Positions 23,400 through 36,969 of a DNA stretch of 64,000 bases are shown piece by piece (position 1 is the first letter of the stretch; each line of letters opens with the position of its first letter). The translations under genes were made by a program, and so were the position numbers. The DNA is from Octopus sinensis (lineage: Eukaryota): the NCBI RefSeq assembly GCF_006345805.1, contig NC_043000.1, positions 149,110,001 to 149,174,000 of the forward strand, written 5' to 3'. The notes beneath the pieces are model-generated. The model was not told the origin of the DNA. It ran no database searches and saw only the letters and a list, made by a program, of their open reading frames with translations.

Positions 23400-24990
23400 C
23401 CATAAGCTCTCTTGACTCTTTTACTGCAACTACATATCTTGGTTCCTTGAAATGAAGAGCTTTCCTATCCACTACTTCTCAACCAAGATAGTCTTGTAAA
23501 TTCTGATAAAGCCTTTATATTTGTTGTAATCTGCCTTTTCAACACTGCATATACACTACACCTTGAGCAAGTCTCTTCTACTATGGCTTGAGGTTCACCA
23601 AATTCTTAGGAATGAAATTTGGTAGATGATAACTGAAGAAGCTTAATGAAGGACTATTCCTGATGTTTGGTGGTAGATGTGATTTGATAGGCCATCTGAT
23701 CTCAGATTATCTTCCTTCATAACACCAATCTTGGAGGCCCTGAGATAGGTCACGAGCACTGTTCTTTCCACACTCTCTAAATTATACAAGCAAAAATTAA
23801 ATTCCTTCTCTCCAATTATCTCCTCAGTGTTACCAAATGCAAAAGGTTCTCTAGAATCTTCTAACCAAGGAAGCCAATTGGTTCTGGCTTTTCCTTCAAG
23901 CAATGAAGTCCAAAGCTAGAGTCTGACCGTGTCAAATTTTCCAGTCTATGCAAATCTACTGCATTAACAGTACTGTACTCAGTTTCCAAAAGAGTACCCT
24001 TTCCCCGCTTACTAACTCTTTTACTTGTTTCAGTCGTTTGACTGCGGCCATGCTGGAGCACCGCCTTTAATCGAGCAACTCGACCCCGGGACTTATTCTT
24101 TGTAAGCCCAGTACTTATTCTATAGGTCTCTTTTGCCGAACTGCTAAGTGACGGGGACGTAAACACACCAGCATCGGTTGTCAAGCGATGCTAGGGGGAC
24201 AAACTCACACACACAAACATACACATACATACATATATACGACAGGCTTCTTTCAGTTTCCGTCTACCAAATCCACTCACAAGGCATTGGTCGGCCCGGG
24301 GCTATAGCAGAAGACACTTGCCCAAGATGCCACGCAGTGGGACTGAACCCAGAACCATGTGGTTGGTAAGCAAGCTACTTACCACGCAGCCACTCCTGCG
24401 CCTAACTGCTGCTCTTTTACTCTCATTTCCAACTTCACAATGGTAACAGAAGCTATGTACATGATCACTTTCATCTGATTGAGTTTCAAAATTATGACAA
24501 TGACTGCTTACACTGTTGAGTCTTCTCAGTGAGCATATTTTTTGGTATTGCCAGATGTTCTGAAGACTTACCTTCATATGTCATTCATCAATAGTCCCTC
24601 ACTTTTGAGCATTTGATTGGGTCTAGCTAAGCTGTCTACCTATGGATTCTATCTTTTTAATTGAAGGATTAATTGGTTAGGACCTTTCCAACCCATATTC
24701 TATCAGCTCTGGTTTGCCTCAGGCAAATAAAATGTTTTGTCAAACTCACTCCCTTTTCTATGTATTAATAACATTACTATGCACTTATCTGCAGCTGATA
24801 ATTCCTTTCAGTCTGATAGCATTCTCCAAAAAAGCACATGGGGGTCTAGTCTCTTCCAGCAACATTAAGACACAGTCGCTACATATCTCAAGAAAACCAT
24901 CTTGCACAAAACATTCTTTGCTGATGAACAACGTGCAACTGAAACCCCTCACAGTTGCTCAAATGTTAGACATTACAATCTCTGATGACT
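23400..24990 (-). mobile_element. Highly decayed LINE (probably RTE endonuclease) remnant interrupted by a SINE A
   Basis: ORF 23643..23903 (FAFGNTEEIIGEKEFNFCLYN...SDGLSNHIYH) loosely parallels the APE segment G.N.NGE.L..FC..N...SPDG...NQIDH. Confidence 0.35.
24015..24403 (-). mobile_element. SINE family A, full length
   Basis: Matches other family A copies. Confidence 0.9.
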
Positions 24991-25002
24991 TCTCTTGAGA
25001 CA

Positions 25003-25410
25003 CATCATCATCATCATCATTTAACGTCCATTTTCCGTGTTAGCATGGGTTGGACGGTTCAACCGGGGTCTGGGAAGCCAGGAGGCTGTACCAGGCTCCT
25101 GTCTGATCTTGCAGTGTTTCTACAGCTGGATGCCCTTCCTAACGCCAACCACTCCGTGAGTGTAGTGGGTGCTTTTTACGTGCCACCAGCACTGAAGCCA
25201 GTCAAGGTGGCGCTGGCATTGGCCGCGTTTGGATGGTGCCTTTTACGTGCCACCGACACAGGTATCACAACTACAATTTCCATTTGATATTTATTTTGAT
25301 GTTGATGTACTTGACTCAATAGGTCTCCTCAAGCACAGCAGGTCATGTGCTACTGGCACAGAAGCCAGCCAAGGCGGTGCTGGCATCGGCCATGTTCAGA
25401 TAGTGCTTTG
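25003..25410 (-). mobile_element. 3' stub of the (GAT)n-tailed RTE family (family B)
   Basis: (CAT)n followed by the reverse complement of the 63350-63788 terminus. Confidence 0.85.
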
Positions 25411-26266
25411 CCATAATTGCATTCCAAAGACGAGACTTCTTTTACAAGATAACCTTTCTCTTCTCATCACCCCTGCTTTATTTCACTACCAGATCATGAT
25501 GCACTAAACACTTGCTCCTTAAAATTCCAGCCCTCTTTGGAATTCTGTTTTCTACCCTTATTTTTTCTACATACTTCAGACTATCGATGCTCAAACTTAA
25601 CATTGACCTAATCAGTCTAGGAGGGTCGCAAAAATTTTGAGTGTTGCTTGTATGCTTTGCCTGAGTTCCTTGAAGCTGAAACTCTTAGAAGTAAGTATGT
25701 TATCTGAAATAGATTGGTATGCTATCCAGGGAATATTTTTTATCTGCTTATTTTATTCCTCTTTCATCTATCTAGGTTTTCCTTTATCCTCCAGTTTTGA
25801 TAAAGAGTAGGGTTTGATTCAATTGGCTTTAATCCCATCACCTCAATAAAATTAGGTCATAGTTGTCATTGTTTAGCCCCAGGTCAGCCTTAATCAAGAC
25901 AATGATCAAAAGACATTTAGACTATGATTATCTTTTTTTTTTTTTGATACATTGTCTTGTCTTTAGGATTATATTATCCAATGTGTCCTTCTTTCTCTAA
26001 GGCAACAAAGTGTGCCTTGAGGGAAATTTGGCTTCTGTTTCTAACAGGTAGAGTATCTGTGTAAAGGCATTTTCAATAGTAGTTTAGTTTCACTAAATTA
26101 TATCTCCTTTATCTTGTGTTTAAGAAATTATCATTACTACAACTACTGCTACTGCCACCACCATCACCACCACCACCACCACCACCATGACACCACCACC
26201 ACTACTACTACTACTACTACTTTATGGTGGTGGATAGCACAAGATTTAAAACATTTTTTCTGTCAT

Positions 26267-26683
26267 TTCTTTCTTTCTTTTCTTTTACTTGTTTCAGTCA
26301 TTTGACTGCGGCCATGCTGGAGCACCGCCTTTAGTCGAGCAAATCGACCCCGGGACTTATTCTTTGTAAGCCCAGTACTTATTCTATCGGTCTCTTTTGC
26401 CGAACCGCTAAGTGACGGGGACGTAAACACACCAGCATCGGTTGTCAAGCAATGCTAGGGGGACAAACACAGACACACAAACACATACACACACACTTAT
26501 ATATATATATACATATATACGACGGGCTTCTTTCAGTTTCCGTCTACCAAATACACTCACAAGGCATTGGTCGGCCCGAAGCTATAGCAGAAGACACTTG
26601 CTCAAGATGCCACGCAGTGGGACTGAACCCACAACCATGTGGTTGGTTAGCAAGCTACTTACCACACAGCCACTCCTGCGCCT
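26267..26683 (-). mobile_element. SINE family A, full length
   Basis: Matches other family A copies; preceded by a (CAC)/(TAC) tract at 26135-26221. Confidence 0.9.
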
Positions 26684-27157
26684 GTCATCTTGAATAAATA
26701 CCAGCAATAATATCAGGACCAGTTCAACTAATTCTGCCTCCTCCCCAGTAATAAATTGTAGGAAATACTTGTTACTTACTAAATCAAACCTAAACAAATG
26801 AAAAGCAAGTAAGATAAAACCAGATGCAAAAATAAATATTGAATAATGCTTATTTCTGAGTTTAGTGGAATTCAGGCGAAGATTAGGAGCAACACCAGGC
26901 TGCCTTGCCATGCTCCTTGTGGGGAGAGTGCTTTTCGCAGTAAACAACAATAAACTACAAAGGGCACAAAACAGTGCACCATGCATCATAACAGGTTGTA
27001 TACAGGCCACACCTACGAACCACCTACACAATAAAACAAAAATACTAAAGATAAAATACCACCTTGACAGGTGAAAGGCATTGTGTATCATTGTAGCCTG
27101 TTTTTAGCCCCACAGTCCCTGTCAATACAAGAAAAGACACATATATATAACACTTAT

Positions 27158-27280
<123 letters not shown>

Positions 27281-28536
27281 AGTATCCTAAAAGTATTACA
27301 TCTCCCATTCGGCCTGGGCATGTGAAAGATTATGTACACCCAGAAATAGCTGCTTTATCAATAGCTCCACCTATTGGTGATGGGAATAACCCAGCAACCT
27401 GTGCTAGTTTTTTTTTTTCTCGTCATCATCAATTAAGTGTGCAGGAGTAGAAAACGTTGCACTCTCACTGTATCTCTGTCTTACCCTCCTCTGCTGTGAC
27501 CACCAACAGAATCTTTCATGTGTGTGGGAATAGATTGGATGGTGGAGAAAGCACAATGTAATCAAGACTATCAAACTGCACCACGTATAATTCAGCACAA
27601 AATGTTGGTGTGTGATGTGTGGCCTTTGGCCAAACGGAAGCAGTATGACTAGGTAGAAAAGCCTGTGGGTTAGGTTTCATTATTTGGCTGATTACATGCT
27701 TAGATGGGGCTGGCCTGGAACAACAGAGCATGACAACCCCAAATAAGGCCACTGGATAATATAATAAATCCTACTTGCACCTAAGAAGATGATATGCTTG
27801 ACAGAAGATACCTTATACTCACTATAATACATATATTAGACCATAGTGTTATGCATTGTAGTGAGTTGAGAAACTTTGATTAACTGAGATTCTTCATGCA
27901 ATTAGTAAGTAAAAACTTCCTCTAGGAGTGTTTAAAAGCTAAACTCAACAAAGGACATAATTTCTATAAAATCAAACAACCAACATTTTTGGAAGATATA
28001 GATAATGTAGGTGGTATTGCTTTCATATGTGTCATATGTTTTGGTCCTTGTAAATCTCTCTAGGGAAATATATTCTTTGTTGTAAAAATACTAAAAATGA
28101 TCAGTGTATTTTTCTCTATATATATCTGAGAAACCATAATTTCCCCTTTTTTACTATTTCAATTCTCACAGTTTTTTTTTTCAGCATGACTTGTTGACCA
28201 CCACTGAAATTAATGAACCTTGTACATTCTAACAAATTAATATACAGTTTTAATTTCAAACTTACGCCTTCTGTTTTGAACATGATAATTTATCAACATT
28301 GAAACATTTTAATTTAACTTTGATTTGTCAACATTGAAACTTATAATGATGTTTTTCTAATTTTACACTCTTACCATTGATAAACAAAAAATATTGTTGA
28401 AACTAGTTTGGTACATATGTAAATAAATGTATTTTAAACATTTACAAGTTTTTGAAATTTAATGGCATTTTCAGCAACACATTTTCCTATATATTTTTTT
28501 ACCTGCATGGAAACACCACTCCCTCTTTTGCTATAT

Positions 28537-28590
<54 letters not shown>

Positions 28591-28596
28591 TATATC

Positions 28597-28910
28597 CATC
28601 ATCATCATCATCGTTTAGCATCCGTTTTCCATGCCAGCATGGGTTGGACGGTTCAACTGGGGTCTGTGAAGCCGGAAGGCTTCATCAGGCCCAGTTAGAT
28701 CTGGCAGTGTTTCTATGGCTGGATGCCCTTCCTAATGCCAACCACTCCGTGAGTGTAGTGGGTGCTTATTACGTGCCACCTGCACAGGTGCCAGACAGAG
28801 CTGGCAAACGGCCATGAACGGATGGTGCTTTTTATGTTCCACCGGCACGGGGGCCAGGCAAGGCTGGCAACGGACACGAACGGATGGTGCTTTTTACGTG
28901 CCACCGGCAC
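28597..28910 (-). mobile_element. RTE 3' stub (family B)
   Basis: (CAT)n tail plus terminus plus about two array units. Confidence 0.85.
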
Positions 28911-29716
28911 GATATATATATACATATACACATACACATTTATATATAGTTTGCTGTTCCATTAATGTAGGATCAACAAAAAAGGTGCTCCATTCAGTGA
29001 GAGATAAATATTTAATGCATACAGTATTAAAATAAGACCTTCTAATAGTTTCTTGCCTTGGAGACATCATAATTTGGCAGATTTCTATAATGTGTCTTAT
29101 GTTTCCAAGCAATCCTAAGTCTCTGGGCACACAATTAGTTCCATGTTCCTGAAAGGCCAGATGCCCTTCTTTGTCACCATTCTTCACCTGTTTCCAAGCA
29201 AGGTATTATTTATTTTCTCATAGCGAGGCAGGTTTTTCATGGAAGACTGGAAACGGATAGCATTTCTTGTATGACAATGATGCACATTTACAAGCATCAC
29301 CTGATGTCTAGACACGGGTTAACCCCCACCCCCACCACACCACACCACACCACACCACACCACACCACACCACACCACACACACATAATGAACTTTTTTC
29401 AGTTTCCATCTACCAAATCCACTCACATGGCATTAGTTGGCTTGGGGCTTTAGTAGGAAGACACTTGCCCAAGGTACCATGCACTGGGTCTGAATCCAGG
29501 ACAACATGCTTGGGAAGTAGGCTTCTTAATGATACAATCACACCTGTGCCTTTTGTTGAGCTGTATATTCCTGGTTATGGCATATAACTGGTAAGATATT
29601 GACAACTCTTCGGACTGCACTTCTGGCTGGAAGTGCAAGGCCTTTTTTATACTGGAAGTAAATATACAGTCCTGACACTACAAGTGTAGTACCTTGCAAA
29701 AATGACAAGCTTCGTT

Positions 29717-30905
29717 CATCATCATCATCATTGTTGTTGTTTACTGTCTGCTTTCCATGCTGGCATGGGTTGGATGGTTTGACTGAGGGCTGGCAAGCCA
29801 GAAGGCTGCACCAGGCTGCAATCCAATCTGGCAAAGTTTCTACAGCTGGATGCCTTTTCTAATGCCAACCACTCTGAGAGTGTAATGTGTGCTTTTTATG
29901 TGCCACCGGCATGTGGGCCAGTCAGGTATCGACCACATTTGAATGATGCTTTTTATGTACCACTGGCAAGGGAGCCAGTCAGGCAGCGCTGGCAATGATC
30001 CCACTTGAATGGTGCTTTTTATGTGCTACTGGCATCGACCATGTTCGAATGGTGCTTTTTACGTGCCACCAGCATGGGTGCCAATCAGTACTGTCATTGG
30101 CCACGACAATGACTTCACTTGACTCAACAGGTCTTTGCAAGCACAGTTTATTGCCCAATGATTGAATGGTACTCTTAAATAGGCTGGTTATGGTCTCACT
30201 TGGCTTGCCAGGTCTTCTCAAACAGCATATCTCCAAAGGTCTTGGTTACTTGTCATCGCCTCCATGAGGCCCAATGTGCTTCACCACCTCATCCCAGGTT
30301 TTCTTGGGTCTACTTCCACAAGTTCCCTCTACTGCTAGGGTGTGACACATTTTCATACGCAACACGTGACCATACCAGTGCAATCGTCTCTCTTGCACAC
30401 CACATCTGATGCTTCTTATGTCCAACTTTTCTCTCAGGGTGCTTATACTCTGTCGTGTTTGCACACTGACTTTACACATCCAGCAGAGCATACTGGCTTC
30501 ATTCCTTGCAAGCTTACGCATGTCCTCAGCAGTCATAGCCCATGTTTCACTGCTATGTAGCATGGCTGTTTGCACATATGCATCATACAGTCTACCTTTT
30601 ACTCTGAGCAAGAGACCCTTTGTCACCAGCAGAGATAGGAGCTCTCTGAACTTTGCCCATGCTATTCTTATTCTAGCAGCTACTCTCTCAGAGCATCCAT
30701 CTCTGTTACTGACTTGGTCACCTATGTAACGGAATCTATCAACTACTTGTAGTTTTTCCTCCTGGAATGTGATGGAAGCTGTTTTCTGCACATTTTCAGT
30801 GTTTATTGCCCCTGTGCATTTGCCACACACAAAAACTATCTTCTCAGTTAACCTTCCTTTGATTTTGCTGCACATAGAATTTTTTATGCAGATGTTAATT
30901 CTGCT
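29717..30905 (-). mobile_element. 5'-truncated RTE LINE (same family as 60294-63788)
   Basis: ORF 30246..30974 contains KGRLTEKIVFVCGKC...VVDRFRYIG...QERRLHWYGHV, followed by the 3' UTR and tail. Confidence 0.88.
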
Positions 30906-30954
30906 TAACGGTTTGGAGTTAGAACTCATGTTAGAAGTAAATGCAAAAACAAAG

Positions 30955-31004
30955 GGGTATAAAATATATTTCATGATAAATAATATGCAAGAATGATTTC
31001 AGTA

Positions 31005-31035
<31 letters not shown>

Positions 31036-31280
31036 GTTTAACGTCCGTTCTCCATGCTAGCATGGGTTGGACGGTTCGACCGGGGATCTGGGAAGCCAGA
31101 AGGCTGCCAGATAAGACTGGAGCCTGGTGCAGCCTTCTGGCTTCCCAGATCCCCAGTCGAACCGTCCAACCCATGCTAGCATGGAGAACGGACATTAAAC
31201 GATGATGATGATGATGATGTACTGAAATCATTCTTGCATATGCCTGCGTATTATTTATCATGAAGTATATTTTATACTCC
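30955..31280. repeat. Fold-back inverted duplication (~150 bp arms, 21 nt loop) of an RTE 3' terminus plus flank
   Basis: Arms ~30955-31107 and 31129-31280; loop CAGATAAGACTGGAGCCTGGT. Confidence 0.9.
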
Positions 31281-32139
31281 TTAGTTATGTGATTGAGAAG
31301 TTCTGTTCACAATCATAGATTCAGGTTTGATCTCACTGCATGGTTCATTGGGAATAGCCTTGTGTGTGTATGTATTTCTCTCTCTCTCACACTCCAGGTT
31401 ACACAGACACAGACAGACACACATGCACGCACACACACACAGACACAGACAGACGCACATACACACACACATGCAAGGCCATAACTATAGGCTCTTGTAA
31501 GGGAACTACGTGGCTACTCACATTTAGGAGAGAAAGAAAAATTAATCAGTAGCAGCTCCAAAGAGACAAAGTAAGTAGGAATGTGTACAGAGAAACAAGG
31601 AGCCAGTGAAGGGTGCATAAAGATGGGGGAGAGGGGCAGTAGGTAACGTATTTAAGGACTGGGTAGCTTTGAAGGGTGGATGTAGGGGTGAGGACTGCTA
31701 ATGGAGTTCTGTCCTCCTCTTTCTGTCATACCTGAACTCTCATCTGCTAGCATAAAACCGCATCCCTTGCATTTCGTAGACCTGCGTGCTGCATGGTAAA
31801 ACAGTTGGTATTAGGAAGGGCATTGAGCCATAAAGCCCATGCCAAACCAAAGCGTAATATAGTCCTTGGACCCATAAGATCCTATTACAGCATCCACCTT
31901 GTACAAGCATGATGTTGATGGCGATAATAATAGAACTGTGATATAGAAATTTTCTGTAAGGCGTGGCTGTGTGATAAGAAGCTTGGTTACTAATCACATG
32001 ATCGAGTCCCACTATGTGGCTCCTTGGGCCGACCAAAGCCTTGTGAGTGGATATGGTAGATGCAAACTGCAAAAACCCATTTAGATAGACCCAGGAAGAC
32101 ATATGAGACAAGGTGGTGAAGCATGATCTTTGATTGTTG

Positions 32140-33195
32140 AGCTAACAGAGGTGAGGACAAATGACCGAGACCTTTGGCGATATGCTGTGCTTGAGAAGAC
32201 TTGTCAAGCGAAGTGAAATTGTAGCCATGGCTGTTGCCAGTGTTGTGTGAACGGCACCCGTGAGATTGTAATCATGACCGTTGCTGGTAACATGATCTTC
32301 GGCCTCACGGAGGCGATGACAAGTGACCAAGACCTTTGATGATATGCTGTGCTTGAGAAGACTCGTCAAGCCAGGTGAAACCATAGTCATGTGGAGGCAC
32401 ATGGCCTAGTGGTTAGAGCAGCGGACTCGCAGTCGATGGATCGTGGGTTTGAATCTCAGACCAGGCAATCATCATCATCATCATCGTTTAACGTCCGTTT
32501 TCTGCGCTAGCACGGGTTGGACGGTTTGATCGGGGTCTGGGAAGCCAGGGGCTGCACCAGGCTCCAGTCAAATCTGGCAGTGTTTCTACGGCTGGATGCC
32601 CTTCCTAACGCCAACCACTCCGCGAGTGTAGTGGGTGCTTTTTATGTGCCACCTGCACAGGTGCCAGAGGGGTCTGGCATCGGCCACGATTGGTTGGTGC
32701 TTTTAACGTGCCGTGTGTTCATGAGTAAAACACCTAAGCTCCACGCGACTCCGGCAGAAGGTAAATGTGAACTTCTGCTGACTCTTCCGCCACAACTTTC
32801 TCTCACTCTTTCCTCTTGCAGCTCATTTGCAACGGACTGGCGTCCTGTCCAGGTGGGGAACCTATACGCCAAGGAAACCAGGAAACCGGCCCTTATGAGC
32901 CAAGCATGGCTCGAGAAGGAACAAAACCATAGTCATGGCTGTTGCCAGTGTCATGTGAATGGCACCCGTGAAATCATAGTTGTGGCTGTTGCTGGTGTCA
33001 TGTAAATGACACTCATGCTGGTGGCATGTAAAGAGCACCATCAGAGTGGTTGGCATTAGGAAGAGCATCCAGCTGTAGAAACCATGCCAAAACAGACTAG
33101 AACCTAGTACAGCTCTCCAGCTTATCATTTCCAGTCAAAACTGTCTAACCCGTGCCAGCATGGAAAGTGGATGTTAAATGATGATGATATATGTG
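32140..33195 (+). mobile_element. Nested cluster: RTE 3' region containing a family D SINE, which itself contains a family B stub
   Basis: The D SINE (32392-32925) is flanked by the duplication AAACCATAGTCAT; the B stub lies on the minus strand at 32468-32711. Confidence 0.8.
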
Positions 33196-33449
33196 TGTGT
33201 GTGTGTGTGTATCTTTGTCATGCTTAAAAAAAATGTCCTAGGGTTGATTCATTCTTCAGGGTGGTTCCCGAGCATGATCACAGTCTAATGACTGAAACAA
33301 ATATAAGAGCTGTTAAAAAACCTGTTGTTTTTGGTATTGTACCATTTCATTTCAATAAGTCTACTTGTTTACATGTCATGTCTGTTAAGTATTTGTATAC
33401 AAAATTATCTTTTGCCAAATCAAATTTTCAGAAGTTTTCTAAATATACG

Positions 33450-33866
33450 TAGGAGTGGGAATGGCTGTGTGGTAAGTAGCTTGTTTACCAACCACATGGT
33501 TCCGGGTTCAGTCCCACTGCGTGGCATCTTGGGCAAGTGTCTTCTATTATAGCCTCGGGCCGACCAAAGCCTTGTGAGTGGATTTGGTAGACGGAAACTG
33601 AAAGAAGCCTGTCATATATATGTATATATATATATATATATGCGTGTGTGTGTTTGTGTGTCTGTGTTTGTCCCCCTAGCATTGCTTGACAACCAATGCT
33701 GGTGTGTTTATGTCCCCATTACTTAGCGGTTCGGCAAAAGAGACCGATAGAATAAGTACTGGGCTTACAAAAGAATAAATCCCGGGGTCGAGTTGCTCGA
33801 TTAAAAAAGGCGGTGCTCCAGCATGGCCGCAGTCAAATGACTGAAACAAGTAAAAGAGTAAGAGTA
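33450..33866 (+). mobile_element. SINE family A, full length
   Basis: Matches other family A copies. Confidence 0.88.
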
Positions 33867-34064
33867 TACATAATTGCTGTTTCACATTTTATATATTGAA
33901 TAATATATAATGACAGGTATGACTGTGTAGTTAAGAAGATAACTTCTCAACCGTGTGGTTACTGGTTCAGCCCCACTGAACAGCACCTTGGGCAAGTTTC
34001 TTCCACTAATATCCTTAGGTTGACCAATGTCTTATCAGGGTATTTGGTTGGCAAAAACTGTGTG

Positions 34065-34297
34065 AAGGCAGTGAGTTGGCAGAAATGTTAGCACGCTGGG
34101 CGAAATGCTTAGCAGTATTTCATCTGCCGTTACGTATTGAGTTCAAATTCCGCCGAGGTCAACTTTGCTTTTCATCTTTTCAGGGTCGATAAATTAAGTA
34201 CCAGTTATGTACTGGGGTCAATGTAATCAACTTAATCCCTTTGTCTGTCCTTGTTTGTCCCCTCTGTTTAGCCCCTTGTAGGCAATAAAAAATAATA
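34065..34297 (+). mobile_element. SINE family C (tRNA head plus Meta-like domain)
   Basis: GAGTTCAAATTCC B-box-like motif, then TTTGCTTTTCATCTTTTCAGGGTCGATAAATTAAGTACCAG resembling the MetaSINE central domain. Other copies at ~18470, 22097(-), 34530(-), 42955, 51445 and 57203. Confidence 0.75.
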
Positions 34298-35533
34298 AGA
34301 AACTGTGTGAAGTTTGTTCTATGTGTATATGTGTGTGTATGTATATATATATACAAACTTCTGTCTACTAAATTCAATCACTAGACTTTGGTCAGCCTGT
34401 GGCTATGGCAGAAGACACTTGCCTAAGGTGCCACACAGTAGGACTGAACCCAAAACCATGTGGCTGAGAAGCAAGCTTTCTAACAACTCAGCCATGCCTG
34501 TTTATATTGGTTTCAAAATTTGGCGTAAGGCCAGCAATTTCAAAGTAGAAATAATTTGATTACATCGACCCCAGTGTTCAACTGGTGCTTATTTCATTGA
34601 CCCCGAAAGGATGAAAACAAAGTTGACCCTGGTGGTATTTGAACTCAGAAGAAATGCCACTAAGCATTTTTCTTCTGGTGTTTTAATGATTCTGCCAGCT
34701 TGCTGTTTTGGCTATGTGGTAAGAAGCTTGCTTCCCAACCACATGGTTCTGGGTTCAGTCCCCCTGCGGGGTTCCTTGGGCAAGTGTCTTCTTCTATAGC
34801 CTTGGGCTGACCAAAGCCTTGTGAGTGGATTTCATCATCATCATCATCGTTTAGCGTCCGCTTTCCATGCTAGCATGGGTTGGACGGTTCACTGGGGTCT
34901 GGGAAGCCAGAACGCTGCACCAGGCCCAGTCTGATCTGGTAATGTTTCTACGGCTGGATGCCCTTCCTAACGCCAACCACTCTGTGAGTGTAGTGGGTGC
35001 TTTTTACGTGCCACCGGCACAGTAGATTTGATAGATGGAAACTGTAAGAAGTCTGTCATATACAGGAGGTATGCAGAGATGTGTTTTCATTGGTTGAATT
35101 ATGCTGTTGCAATGTCATTTCAGTTTTGTTACACTCATATGCTGCATGTTTGTTGTGGTCGAATCAATTGCTACAAACATGTCACATGACTTTGTGTATT
35201 GTATAGAAGAATGGTAATAGAGGGGGGTGTAGTGATGCTGATTATGAATAATGATAAATATGGCTGAGGTATGAAATAACTCCAAAGAGCAGTGTCATAA
35301 ATGAGTGGAAGGTCATGGTAGGAATGTCTTTGATTATAGTTTTTCTCAATCACTTTGACCTAAGGCTGAACCATAACAACCATTTGATTTCAACAAGTCA
35401 GTGAAGGAGTCTCTGTGTTGTTGCCTGCAAAGAAATAGCAGCCAAATCTTGCTCAAATCACATCCTACTGCCAACAAAATGGCTAATATTAGATTTTAAT
35501 ATAAATGTTATTAAGCATTCTAAACATCAATAT

Positions 35534-36246
35534 AGGTGCAGGAGGCTGTGTGGTAAGTAGCTTGCTTACGAACTACATGGTTCCAGGTTCAGTCCCACTG
35601 CATGGCACCTTGGGCAAGTGTCTTCTACTATAGCCTCGGGCCGACCAAAGCCTTGTGAGTGGATTTGGTATTTGGAAACTGAAAGAAGCCCATCGTATGT
35701 ATGTATATGTATGTGTGTGTGTGTCTGTGTTTGTCCTACGAACCACATGGTTCCAGGTTCAGTCCCACCACATGGCACCTTGGGCAAGTGTCTTCTACTA
35801 TAGCCTCGGGCTGACCAAAGCCTTGTGAGTGGATTGGTATTTGGAAACTGAAAGAAGCCCATCGTATGTATGTATATGTATGTGTGTGTGGTCTGTGTTT
35901 GTCCTACGAACCACATGGTTCCAGGTTCAGTCCCACCACAGCACTTGGGCAAGTGTCTTCTACTATAGCCTCGGCTGACCAAAGCCTTGTGAGTGGATTT
36001 GGTATTCAGAAACTGAAAGAAGCCCATCGTATATATGTATATATATGTGTGTGTGTGTTTGTTCCCTCAACATTGCTTGACAACCGATACTGGTGTGTTT
36101 ACGTCCCCCGTAACCTAGCGGTTCGGCAAAAGAGACCGATAGAATAAGTACTAGGCTTACAAAGAATAAGTCCTGGGGTCGATTTTCTTGACTAAAGGCG
36201 GTGCTCCAGCATGGCCGCAGTCAAATGACTGAAACAAGTAAAAGAG
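35534..36246 (+). mobile_element. SINE family A with an internal ~168 bp segment triplicated in tandem
   Basis: Units restart at CTACGAACCACATGG (35736 and 35904). Confidence 0.88.
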
Positions 36247-36480
36247 TGTGACAAAAAAAAAAACCCCAAAGAAAACAAAAGATTTCTCCTCTCCCTCAAA
36301 ACCCCATAAACTTCAACTGTCTCATTTGTGGGATTTTAATCACACATCTATTGCTTGATGGGTGACTGCATTATGGATTATGTTACTAAGCGTTTACCCA
36401 TTCCATTTTCCAATTAGATTACATATTTTATTTCTGTTATTTTATCTCTATAAGATAATTAGGATGGGCTATTCTGTTAA

Positions 36481-36699
36481 CCCTTTAGCGTTCAGATTAT
36501 TCTATCAAACATAATGCTTATTGATTCCCATTGATTTGAATTAATCATGCATTATCTCATATCTTCAAGATCTTGATGGTGTAATTACTTAATGTAGAAT
36601 AACATTGTAGGGCAGGTGTGAGGGCCTGGATCTGGTCAGTTTGAACATAAAACAGATTAGCTATTTTGGCCGGATATGGCTGGTTTAAATACTAAAGGG
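36481..36699. mobile_element. TTAA MITE, subtype 1
   Basis: TTAA|CCCTTTAG ... CTAAAGGG|TTAA; near-identical to 38448-38666. Confidence 0.88.
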
Positions 36700-36969
36700 T
36701 TAATGTAGAACTTAGCAAGGTGTTCTACCTTTGTTTGGTGTTTGCCAAAGGCAAACAATAAACATGTGGTTCAAATCCTATCAGCACTCCTTTTGCTTTT
36801 TTTCTGCCCAAAGTTGATGCTTCTAACGTTTAATAATAATCAAAATCTTTTGATTTTTTTTTAAAAGACTTCAATTTACAGTTATCTTTGGAATTCGGTC
36901 ACTGTTATATTTTTTAAAATCTGTTTCAGGAGGCTGAGTTTTGTACTGAGCTAATGAGCTGGTTCTGAT

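Noticed and set aside
26582-27091. 169 aa hydrophobic minus-strand ORF resembling a membrane protein
   Set aside because: AT-driven hydrophobic bias, runs into a SINE, and has no recognisable motif.
30955-31280. Palindrome as a missed-adapter long-read artefact
   Set aside because: The arms differ by CpG transitions, a ~10 bp indel and repeat length, as expected for an aged genomic event; spanning reads are still needed to confirm.
32392-32467. Possible tRNA gene (also 1-97, 39263-39335, 47930-48000)
   Set aside because: A and B boxes are present but the cloverleaf stems are broken and the sequence continues into SINE bodies.
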